Source of the DNA: an uncultured delta proteobacterium
Lineage (GTDB): Bacteria > Bdellovibrionota > FAC87 > UBA2466
Length of the DNA: 64,000 nucleotides
Assembly: GCA_963778115.1 (NCBI GenBank)
Contig: CAVZSV010000004.1
Coordinates: 672,001-736,000 of the forward strand
Direction of reading: 5' to 3'
Position numbers and translations under genes: made by a program. The notes below the pieces were generated by a model. The model searched no databases. It worked only from the letters and a program-made list of their open reading frames with translations, and was not told the DNA's origin. Below are positions 9,855 through 17,917 of the stretch, one piece after another. Numbering within the stretch: the stretch's first letter is position 1; each line of letters begins with the position of its first letter.

Positions 9855-9882
9855 TAAACAAAGCTATGAATTTAGTCGATAA
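9855..9882 (+). promoter_or_regulatory. Putative sigma28 (FliA)-type promoter of the Ig-repeat adhesin
   Basis: TAAAC-N15-GTCGATAA compared with consensus TAAA(G)-N15-GCCGATAA. Confidence 0.5.
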
Positions 9883-9957
9883 CTAAGGAACAAAGCTTTT
9901 GCTTTGAAACTTGGACGAACCGAAACCTATCTCCCAGAAAATTAAAGAGGAAACGTC

Positions 9958-12687
9958 ATGAGGTGCTTATCCCATTCGCTTAGGTTAATCGCCTCTATTT
10001 TGCTGCTTTGGTCGGTATCCTCCCATGCGGAGAGCCAAACGGCACCGACGTGGACGACGACGACCTTCACTTTCGCCGCCACCGAAGATGAGCCTTTTTC
10101 CACTAGCATTGCTTCCGATGTGATCTCCCCCAACGCCAATGACGACGTGGAATTTAGCCTAATCAGCGGTCCAGCCTGGCTAACCGTAACACCCGATGGC
10201 ACTTTAAGCGGATCCCCCCAAGACTCTGATGAGGGAATGGAAACGTTCATTGTCCGCGCTACTGATATTACGACGTCAACGGCAGCCACCCCCGACGCTA
10301 CGGTTACTATAAACGTGACTCATATAGGCCCGGTTTGGACAAAAAACCCAATCGTTCTTCCCAACGCCACGGATGCTTCTCCTTATAGTGCAAGTATTGA
10401 AAGCTACGCCCAGCCCGGAGATCCGAGCGATCAACTTACTTTTTCCTTGGGGCCAGACGCCCCCTCCTGGTTAACCATCGATTCCATGGGCGAGTTGAGC
10501 GGCTCCCCAGCTACCAATGATGTCGGTAGTTATAATTTCTCGGTCACCGTGACCGACGAGACCGGCGCCTCGGCGATCGCTTCGCTACAGGTAAAAGTCA
10601 CCAATGTGGGGCCTCAGTGGACGCAAAATACTATCGTGCTTCCCACCGGATCTACCGGTTTTTCTTACTCGCAAGGAGTTCTCTCTTATGTAAGCAATCC
10701 GGCGAACGGAACTCTAAATTTTTCTTTGACGGGGCCGAGTTGGGCTTCAATCGATCCCAATGCGGGAGTCATCAGTGGAACTCCTGCAGATTCCGATTTC
10801 GGAACCAATTCGTTTCAAGTGGCCGTTTTCGACGAGACCGGGGCCGAAGCATCGGCCACGGTTCAAATCAACGTTACCCATCTCCCTCCCTCTTGGACGC
10901 AAAATCCGATAGTGCTCCCCAATGCCAACGATTCCACTGCTTATACGGCGTCGATAGGATCTTACGCGCTAGCCTCCGATCCTGGCGATACTCTAACGAT
11001 TACCGGGGGTGCCGATCTTCCCTTTTGGATTACCCTCTCTTCTTCAGGGGTGATCACGGCAAGTCCCACAAGCGCCCAAGTAGGCCCCGTTAGCTTTTCC
11101 GCCATTGTCACCGATCAGGCCGGCATGACGGCAAGCACGATCGTACAGCTTACCGTAGTTCAGGTTAGCCAACCCCCTGTTTGGACGGCCAACCAAATGC
11201 CTTTCTCAACCGAGGAAGACGAGCTTTTCTCGGCGAATATCGCTTCCAATGCCATTTCCCCCAACTCGGGCGCTACCCTTACCTTTAGCATGGTGAGTGG
11301 TCCCTCTTGGCTTTCCGTCTCGCCCAATGGAGTGCTAAGCGGAACTCCGTTATTGGCCAACGACGGGCCCAATGTTTTCGTCGTTCGAGTGACCGATAAC
11401 CTGGGAGAGGTAGCAACGCCCGATGCCGAAGTCATCATCAGCGTTTCTCATCTCGCCCCCCAATGGACCGAAAATCCGGTAGTGCTTCCCTCAGCGACCG
11501 ATAATACCCCTTATTCGACGAACATCGCAGCAGAGGTGACTACCGGAGATCCGAGTGACTCACTTACTTTTAGACTGAGCAGTAACGCCCCCTCCTGGAT
11601 TTCAATAACCCCCTCCGGATCGATTCAAGCCACACCCACACAACAACAGATAGGAAATTACACGTTTTCAGCCATCGCGACCGATCAGACGGGAAGTAGC
11701 TCCACGGGAACGTTGCAACTCGCTGTCATTGCTCCTGCGACAGTACCGGTGAGTGACGTGGTTAAGCTTGAAGCTTCAGTAGCCGGAGCTGCTTCCGAAA
11801 ACCTTTGGGTGGTGGACAACCACAGTATTTGGGACCCGACCATTCGAGGGTTAAAGGGATCCATTCAAACTTTCTATAACGCTCTATATGCGGCTCAGGG
11901 GCAATTCTCGAGTGTTTACTTATCTTCCAACGCCGCCGATTTCGATGGCTATCCAATCTACGATGATAGGGTTTCACCGCTAATGTCGGAAAATGAAAAT
12001 GACATCGTCGGAGATTTTCTATATCGAGTGCGCTTAAGCTATAGCCCCGGATTTTGTTCCAATTGTAATAACTCTCCCCTGTGGTCCCTCTACCGCTTTT
12101 ATCAACAAGCCCCTACGATCTCTAGCCTTTGGCATAACGGCTATTTCGTTTCGGGAACGCCGATGGATGTGATGATCGTATCTAGCGAAGCGGACAATTT
12201 TTTGGGATATAGCGAAAATGTTGCCACGGTGAACAAATGGAGTGTCTCCGATTTTGCCTCGAATTTTAGTCTGTTCCACCAAAAGACGGGACAACCTTAC
12301 CGCATCAGTGTGATCACCTCCGACTGTTCGCCTCCCGACGGAGACACCTATCAACAGATCACCAAAGCTACCCATGGTGTTTACTATGGAGTGGGATGTA
12401 ACTCGGATATCACCACAGCGCTCAGTGATTACGCCTCTAAAGTAAACTTCCGAGCAGCCATTACGACTCACGCCCAAATAGTACTTTCACAGCCGGCTTA
12501 TAACTCACCGCAAATCACAGTGGCTCTAGCCGGAGTCTCTCTGCCTGGTAACACGGGAGCCAGTTCCGACCTGTGGACCTACAACGCCAACAAAAATGCC
12601 GTCATCCTTAATTGGAGCCTCATCGACATCTCGGTACTAAAGGCGGGAGACCAAATTCAGATCCAATATGAAACAGACAACCAATAA
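9958..12687 (+). CDS. Secreted adhesin-like protein: six putative Ig/dystroglycan-cadherin-like (He_PIG) repeats and a C-terminal vWA-like domain
   Basis: Signal peptide; repeated P.WT.NPIVLP.AT....PSWL.I...G.LSGTP...D.G...F.V.VTD units; C-terminal LWVVDN...MIVSSEAD region resembling vWA. Confidence 0.8.
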   Translation: MRCLSHSLRLIASILLLWSVSSHAESQTAPTWTTTTFTFAATEDEPFSTSIASDVISPNANDDVEFSLISGPAWLTVTPDGTLSGSPQDSDEGMETFIVRATDITTSTAATPDATVTINVTHIGPVWTKNPIVLPNATDASPYSASIESYAQPGDPSDQLTFSLGPDAPSWLTIDSMGELSGSPATNDVGSYNFSVTVTDETGASAIASLQVKVTNVGPQWTQNTIVLPTGSTGFSYSQGVLSYVSNPANGTLNFSLTGPSWASIDPNAGVISGTPADSDFGTNSFQVAVFDETGAEASATVQINVTHLPPSWTQNPIVLPNANDSTAYTASIGSYALASDPGDTLTITGGADLPFWITLSSSGVITASPTSAQVGPVSFSAIVTDQAGMTASTIVQLTVVQVSQPPVWTANQMPFSTEEDELFSANIASNAISPNSGATLTFSMVSGPSWLSVSPNGVLSGTPLLANDGPNVFVVRVTDNLGEVATPDAEVIISVSHLAPQWTENPVVLPSATDNTPYSTNIAAEVTTGDPSDSLTFRLSSNAPSWISITPSGSIQATPTQQQIGNYTFSAIATDQTGSSSTGTLQLAVIAPATVPVSDVVKLEASVAGAASENLWVVDNHSIWDPTIRGLKGSIQTFYNALYAAQGQFSSVYLSSNAADFDGYPIYDDRVSPLMSENENDIVGDFLYRVRLSYSPGFCSNCNNSPLWSLYRFYQQAPTISSLWHNGYFVSGTPMDVMIVSSEADNFLGYSENVATVNKWSVSDFASNFSLFHQKTGQPYRISVITSDCSPPDGDTYQQITKATHGVYYGVGCNSDITTALSDYASKVNFRAAITTHAQIVLSQPAYNSPQITVALAGVSLPGNTGASSDLWTYNANKNAVILNWSLIDISVLKAGDQIQIQYETDNQ

Positions 12688-12703
12688 CGCACAGTCCTAG
12701 CGT

Positions 12704-12731
12704 TCAGGTTTTCTAGAGCCAAATCCGATAA
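12704..12731 (+). promoter_or_regulatory. Putative sigma28-type promoter of AAA+ ATPase copy 1
   Basis: TCAGG-N15-TCCGATAA, about 27 nt before the ATG and RBS (aggag). Confidence 0.5.
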
Positions 12732-12758
12732 GTTAACCAGTTTAGGAGACAGAACAGC

Positions 12759-14075
12759 ATGTGGCTTCCCAAAAGGCCTCAATCGATTGAAGAGGCTAAA
12801 CTTAGCGCGCATTATGTCGAAGACTGTATTTTAAGAATCCTAGCCACTCAAGGTCCGACTCGAGGCTCTCGCTTCGCTGACACTTTAAAGCTCCCCTATT
12901 CGCTAGTAGAACCCATCATCCGAGAGATGCGCGATAAGGACCTTATCGGCGCCCAGGGCGGATCGGGAATCGGAGGTAACGGCGGCCTCGATTTCGGATT
13001 AACCCCAAAGGGGATGGATGCGGCGGCCACCGCGCGAAGTCGATCGACCTATTTCGGTCCCATGCCGGTCGATCTTCAAGACTATATGACTTCCGTCCAC
13101 TCTCAGAAGTTTCAATTTAATCTCGTTAGAAAACAACATCTCGACGCCGCCTTTTCAGACATCTTGATAAGCCAGGAGTATCTTAACCAATTAGGACCCG
13201 CGATCAATTCCGGTGGCCCCATCTTTCTCTATGGAAAGCCCGGCAACGGAAAGACTACGATGTCGGAAAGAATCGCTCGACTTTTTCGCCAGGGAATTTT
13301 CGTCCCTCATACCATCCAGATGGATAGTGAAATCATCCAGGTATTTGATGAAAAAATCCATCGTCCGATCCCTTTGGAAGTGTTGCCCGACGATCATCCT
13401 CTAAAAGTAGACCCCTCGGCAGCCGATCCCCGCTGGGTTTATGTCGTCCGCCCCTTCATAGTGGTGGGCGGTGAATTAACCCTACAGATGCTGGACCTCA
13501 CATTTCGAAGCGGCCAACGTAGCTATGAGGCTCCCTTTCAGCTCAAAGCCAATGGCGGGGTCCTTTTGGTTGATGATTTCGGCAGACAGAAGGTTAAGCC
13601 CACTGAGTTTCTAAATCGCTGGATCTACCCCTTGGAGAAAGGGATGGACTTTCTGACTCTCTCCAGCGGAAAGAAGATCGAAGTCCCTTTCGAACAGCTC
13701 ATTATCTTGTCGACCAACCTTGACCCCAGGGATCTGGGAGACGAAGCTTTCTGGCGACGAATACGATACATGATAGAAACTCCTAGCCCCACCGACGTCG
13801 AATTCAAGAAAATATTCCAAACGATTTGCGCCAAGAAGAAGATTCTTTTCGATGAAGATGCTTACGCATATCTCATCGAACGGTTTTACACCCAAGCTAA
13901 TCGCGAATTTCGAAGCGTTCATCCTCGAGATATCTTAAACCGCGTATCCGATCATATCTCTTACTACACTCTCCCCTCTAAACTCACCCGCCAGTTAATC
14001 GATCACGCTTGCCGTGCTCTTTTCGGCGGCCTCGCGGCTGTTCAAGACGAACCGAGTATTCGAAAAGCAGGATAA
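12759..14075 (+). CDS. AAA+ ATPase with N-terminal winged-helix domain (copy 1)
   Basis: Walker A GKPGNGKT, Walker B LLVDDFGRQ, sensor I STNL, DEAFWRR arginine finger; the N-terminus has a wHTH-like LTPKG pattern. Confidence 0.88.
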   Translation: MWLPKRPQSIEEAKLSAHYVEDCILRILATQGPTRGSRFADTLKLPYSLVEPIIREMRDKDLIGAQGGSGIGGNGGLDFGLTPKGMDAAATARSRSTYFGPMPVDLQDYMTSVHSQKFQFNLVRKQHLDAAFSDILISQEYLNQLGPAINSGGPIFLYGKPGNGKTTMSERIARLFRQGIFVPHTIQMDSEIIQVFDEKIHRPIPLEVLPDDHPLKVDPSAADPRWVYVVRPFIVVGGELTLQMLDLTFRSGQRSYEAPFQLKANGGVLLVDDFGRQKVKPTEFLNRWIYPLEKGMDFLTLSSGKKIEVPFEQLIILSTNLDPRDLGDEAFWRRIRYMIETPSPTDVEFKKIFQTICAKKKILFDEDAYAYLIERFYTQANREFRSVHPRDILNRVSDHISYYTLPSKLTRQLIDHACRALFGGLAAVQDEPSIRKAG

Positions 14076-14101
14076 AAAACCAAAAAAAAGAAAAACCCCT
14101 A

Positions 14102-14198
14102 TCCATCGCGCGACGGCTAAATCGCGATCCGAAATCCGAGATCCGAGATCCGAGATCCGAAAAAATAAAATAAAAAATCCAAAACCGTCAGCGATGGA
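14102..14198. repeat. Five ATCCGAR heptamers enclosed by an imperfect 14-15 bp inverted repeat
   Basis: (ATCCGAA/G)x5 at 14127-14161; TCCATCGCGCGACGG at 14102-14116 pairs with CCGTCAGCGATGGA at 14185-14198. Confidence 0.75.
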
Positions 14199-14210
14199 AC
14201 AGACTAGTCA

Positions 14211-14345
14211 CCTCTTTTCGAGGCTCTCCAACTAGTAGACCGTCTTAAGATCTACGAAGACCATGGCCTCACGCCTAGCAACTTAACCATGCTTTGTGCC
14301 TTCCATCATCGAAGGCTTCACAGAAAACTGCCCCTTCCTTGGTGA
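14211..14345 (+). pseudogene. Decayed C-terminal fragment of an HNH endonuclease
   Basis: The frame reads PLFEALQLVDRLKIYEDHGLTPSNLTMLCAFHHRRLHRKLPLPW*. NLxxLCxxHHxxxH is the HNH C-terminal motif. An in-frame TAG lies just upstream and there is no proper start. Confidence 0.55.
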
Positions 14346-14459
14346 TATGTTGCGACGCTCATTACCTACCGAACATTCCTTAAACGTATTCTTGAAGACC
14401 ACAGTGCGGAGGAAGGCGGCACCGAATGTGCATTTTCCTAGCAGTCCGGGGGGAGAAGC

Positions 14460-15449
14460 ATGTTTCGTCAAATCTGTGTTTTTTGTCTATGTGCGGTTTC
14501 GGCGGTGGCCATGGGGGATGAAATGGTCCGGCCTTTAGATTCCCTAAGGGCGTTTGCCAGAGTCCTTGCTCCAAACCTGCCATACACTCACTGCGGGAAA
14601 TATTATCAAGACTGCGCCGAGCCTCCCGCTAGAACCCGGTTCTCGCAAGCACCGACAGGAAATAGAATCGAGTACGACTACAATTACGGCTTCGATCATC
14701 CCAATCAAGACAGAATCTCCATTGGGATTAAGATTAACGACAAGAATATTTTAAATTGGAAGGACAATCTGATTGCTTCTGTCCGTTATAAGGACTTAAG
14801 CGATTGCGGCAAAACCAAAGAGGCCTCGTTTCCGGTCAAGATAGGAGAAAACGGCAAGGCAACTATCGACATTTCTGGCCTTACCCCTAACCGAGTTTAT
14901 GAATTTGATAACTTTAATTTCTTCGGGAAAGATCCCCTCGGAGTGGAAAAGCCCAAGCTTCTAAATTCGATGGGACTCCACTACTACGGAGTCACTACCG
15001 ACGATGATAAAGTGAACCAAGCCCGATTTAAGATAGCCACCCACGCGCTACAGGAGGTTTACGAGAGAAAGATGGGACGTTTTTCTGATGGTGTCGCCGA
15101 TTACATGCGGGTCCCAGGCTACGATTATAGTGGCGGAGCCTGCGGGCTGCAGCAGGCCAGCTGTTCCAAACCATTTATTCGCACCTACGATCAGGATCAA
15201 TCCAATGCCTATCAGTACCGAGGAAAGCTAATTGAGGGAAGCGAATTTAGAAAGCTTGCCGGCCTGCGACCGATTCACGGGAGCTATTATAAAAGCGGCA
15301 ATCACAAAGGTACTATCCTTAGTTATTGTCCGGCGACCGACACCGCCTGGACTATCGATTGGGCCACGAATCAGCTCAATATTATCGAACGTCCGCATCC
15401 TGCGTTTAGCTCAATAGGCGTCATCACCGAGGGAATGCTTTATCGATAA
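14460..15449 (+). CDS. Secreted hypothetical protein (FN3-like segment and possible CHAP-like C-terminus)
   Basis: RBS ggag, signal peptide, ISGLTPNRVYEF (FN3-like), GGAC...NHKGTIL...WTID. Confidence 0.55.
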   Translation: MFRQICVFCLCAVSAVAMGDEMVRPLDSLRAFARVLAPNLPYTHCGKYYQDCAEPPARTRFSQAPTGNRIEYDYNYGFDHPNQDRISIGIKINDKNILNWKDNLIASVRYKDLSDCGKTKEASFPVKIGENGKATIDISGLTPNRVYEFDNFNFFGKDPLGVEKPKLLNSMGLHYYGVTTDDDKVNQARFKIATHALQEVYERKMGRFSDGVADYMRVPGYDYSGGACGLQQASCSKPFIRTYDQDQSNAYQYRGKLIEGSEFRKLAGLRPIHGSYYKSGNHKGTILSYCPATDTAWTIDWATNQLNIIERPHPAFSSIGVITEGMLYR

Positions 15450-16213
15450 GGGCCCAGTAATTTTACAAACTCTTCGGCGAAACGATGGGCATCCCCGGGC
15501 CAGCGGGCGGAGAGGTAATTGCCATCACGAACACAAAATCCTCTACTCAAATTCGTGGGCGAGTCTCTGAAGATCGAAAAGGGACCTGGTAGAAATTGGT
15601 CTTTGTTCCTTAGCGAAGCCGCGACTTCCTCTTCTACCCAAATGGGATAGGTACGAAAATAGTTCCCGAGCCACGCTCGGGTTAGCCACCACGCCGTCCG
15701 CTCTTGGCTTTTGGTCAAAGCGGTAGTTTTTCTGTTAAGCAGAACCGGTCTATTATCCAGCTGACACCGCGAAGCCAAAACGACGCCGTGGCAAATAGCT
15801 CCGACTGGTTTATCGGAAAGAAAGAACTCGGAAACAACGGCTTGTAGTCGTTTCGATTCCAAATACACCCGCATTCCCGGAGCGTGTCCTCCGGGAAGGA
15901 TAAGCGCATCGTATTGCTTCGAATCGACGTCCCGGTAAGCGATGGGACTCAAAAACCGCGAATCCCTCTCTAATTCGCGATAAGCCCGGCGTCCGTTCTT
16001 ATCCGCCCTTAAGAAGGGTTTTAGCGGTCCCAGTCCCGCCCCAGTCACCATCCGAAAATCCGCATGCCCCCGTTTTCCCTCGGGTGTGGTAAACGAAAGT
16101 TGATGTCCTTCGGCAATAAGTCTCTTCCACGGGACCGCAACCTCGGTGGGATCGAAATCCTCGGAGGGAATCGCAACCAAAACATGTTTCAAAGAGATCC
16201 TCCCTTGATGCAA
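15440..16213 (-). CDS. DJ-1/PfpI family (type 1 glutamine amidotransferase-like) protein
   Basis: DFDPTEVAVPW, LILPGGHAPGM, GAICHG nucleophile elbow, SARWPGD. Confidence 0.9.
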   Translation of the reverse strand: MHQGRISLKHVLVAIPSEDFDPTEVAVPWKRLIAEGHQLSFTTPEGKRGHADFRMVTGAGLGPLKPFLRADKNGRRAYRELERDSRFLSPIAYRDVDSKQYDALILPGGHAPGMRVYLESKRLQAVVSEFFLSDKPVGAICHGVVLASRCQLDNRPVLLNRKTTALTKSQERTAWWLTRAWLGNYFRTYPIWVEEEVAASLRNKDQFLPGPFSIFRDSPTNLSRGFCVRDGNYLSARWPGDAHRFAEEFVKLLGPYR

Positions 16214-16330
16214 GCTTATTTACCCTAGCTCAGCCCCTTTCCCGCCGCAAATAATTCTGCTTGCCTTCTCTCCTTCTGCTCGCTATCTTCCGCCCTCCTC
16301 AATCGTGGGTTTTGTGGAAGTAGTTGCTCA

Positions 16331-17365
16331 GTGACGCGGGATAAAATGCAAAACCGACGGCATAAAAATTCAATAGTTCCTGTAAGTTTGGCGGTCTGCC
16401 TTACACTTGTCTTAGCGACCAAGGCAGCCTTATCTCAGACTCTGATGGATGTGTTGTCCTGCGGAACTATCGTAAGAACCGTTACCAGCCATATCTCTCC
16501 TCTTAACAGCATTCCGCCCAGACAGATGCGTCGATTCGCGGGACTTTTGGCCTCTCCGCTTAAAGAAGGTCCGCCCACCCTCTACATTACCCCGTATCTT
16601 TCCGCCCACGCCCATAAGAGTCTTATTGAGAAGACGATAGAGGACCACGGTCTGTTTCTTTCTCAATGGATAGGAGAGATTGAATTCGGCAATTTATCGT
16701 ATGTTCCCGAAGAGCCACAGATAGTAGTGTTGCGCGCTAACGAAACTTCAGGACAATGGGCGAGCCGGCTAGAGGAGCTGGCCGGGGGGAAGCCGGACGA
16801 ACGATGTAATCTCCCTGCAGGAATGCTCCACCGCAATTCCGTGCGTCGGCTCTCATCGGTTTTGGAGACCTATCTCCCCAATACCCTCACCGAGCGCAGT
16901 AAATTTATCCCCTTTAGCGATACCAATCCCAACGCTCCTCACTTCGACGACGAGTTAAACGCGATGGTGAGTTACTTTCGACAGAAAAATACCAATGCCG
17001 GCCATCCACCCGACAAACGGGTGAATATCAACCACGATATTCGCGGCCCCATATCGATCGTAGCCCATGGCGCGATGGCGATCATCAAGTACCCGGACAA
17101 GGAGACTAGAGAGACCTTCTTGGAATTTATGCTAAACGCTCGGGAGCCGGTGATTACTTACCTCAACATTCTACAAAAGCAGTATCCCCGAGACACGCTT
17201 TTAAGAGACGCACGGCGGACTTTGCGGGAATTGGGATCTTACCCTATTTCAGAATTCAGTAAGCCTGAGCGGCTGGAACGCTTAGCTAATTTGAGAGAGG
17301 TCATCGAATTTATCATGGAGATTGATCTCTCCGCCGCGACCGAGGTCCCATTGATATCTCGCTAA
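16331..17365 (+). CDS. Secreted hypothetical protein
   Basis: 344-aa ORF with a hydrophobic signal-like segment and no confident family. The start could be 16346. Confidence 0.6.
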   Translation: MTRDKMQNRRHKNSIVPVSLAVCLTLVLATKAALSQTLMDVLSCGTIVRTVTSHISPLNSIPPRQMRRFAGLLASPLKEGPPTLYITPYLSAHAHKSLIEKTIEDHGLFLSQWIGEIEFGNLSYVPEEPQIVVLRANETSGQWASRLEELAGGKPDERCNLPAGMLHRNSVRRLSSVLETYLPNTLTERSKFIPFSDTNPNAPHFDDELNAMVSYFRQKNTNAGHPPDKRVNINHDIRGPISIVAHGAMAIIKYPDKETRETFLEFMLNAREPVITYLNILQKQYPRDTLLRDARRTLRELGSYPISEFSKPERLERLANLREVIEFIMEIDLSAATEVPLISR

Positions 17366-17448
17366 CTCACTAATCCCGCTTCAAAAGGGGTTGCCCGCCG
17401 AGAAAAATAACGCTACTCGTAAGGCTAATTCATACTTCCGGAGGGGTT

Positions 17449-17895
17449 ATGCGCTCTTATCTTCTCAGTCTTTTTTTAAAAGGCTCCTTTATCCTCTTAC
17501 TCTTCGCACTAGGGACTGTCGCTTCCGCCGAGGTTCAGGTTTACGCGCCTGGAGTTAGCGTTGGTGTCGGTGGCGGTGTTGTCGTCCAAGCTCCGGGCGT
17601 GGCGGTACAGCTCAATCCTGGACTAGGAGTTGTGGTCAATAACGATTGGAATTATCGGTATTACAACGGACAGTACTGGTATTGGACTGCGAACGGTTGG
17701 ACCTATTTCGTCAATGGACAATGGGTCTACTACACTGCACAGACCTATATTTATCCGGCACCCGTAGCAGTGGCTCCTGTCGTCCCCGTCTATCCGCGCA
17801 GATATTACTATCCCGGCCCCTACTATGGACGAAGAGGAGTGGGGGTAGATGTAGGACCTGTTCATGTCAGAGTGGGCGGCGGTTGGCTCTGGTAG
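17449..17895 (+). CDS. Small secreted Tyr/Gly/Val/Trp-rich protein
   Basis: RBS ggagg, signal peptide ending ASA, repeated V.APGV.V and YYNGQYWYW/YFVNGQWVY. Confidence 0.7.
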   Translation: MRSYLLSLFLKGSFILLLFALGTVASAEVQVYAPGVSVGVGGGVVVQAPGVAVQLNPGLGVVVNNDWNYRYYNGQYWYWTANGWTYFVNGQWVYYTAQTYIYPAPVAVAPVVPVYPRRYYYPGPYYGRRGVGVDVGPVHVRVGGGWLW

Positions 17896-17917
17896 AACTA
17901 TGAGGCGTTGATAAAGC

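Noticed and set aside
12759..14345. AAA ATPase plus HNH as an anti-phage system (Septu-like or McrBC-like)
   Set aside because: The HNH is only a decayed fragment, the ATPase is not of the ABC/PtuA or McrB type, and its paralog has no nuclease neighbour.
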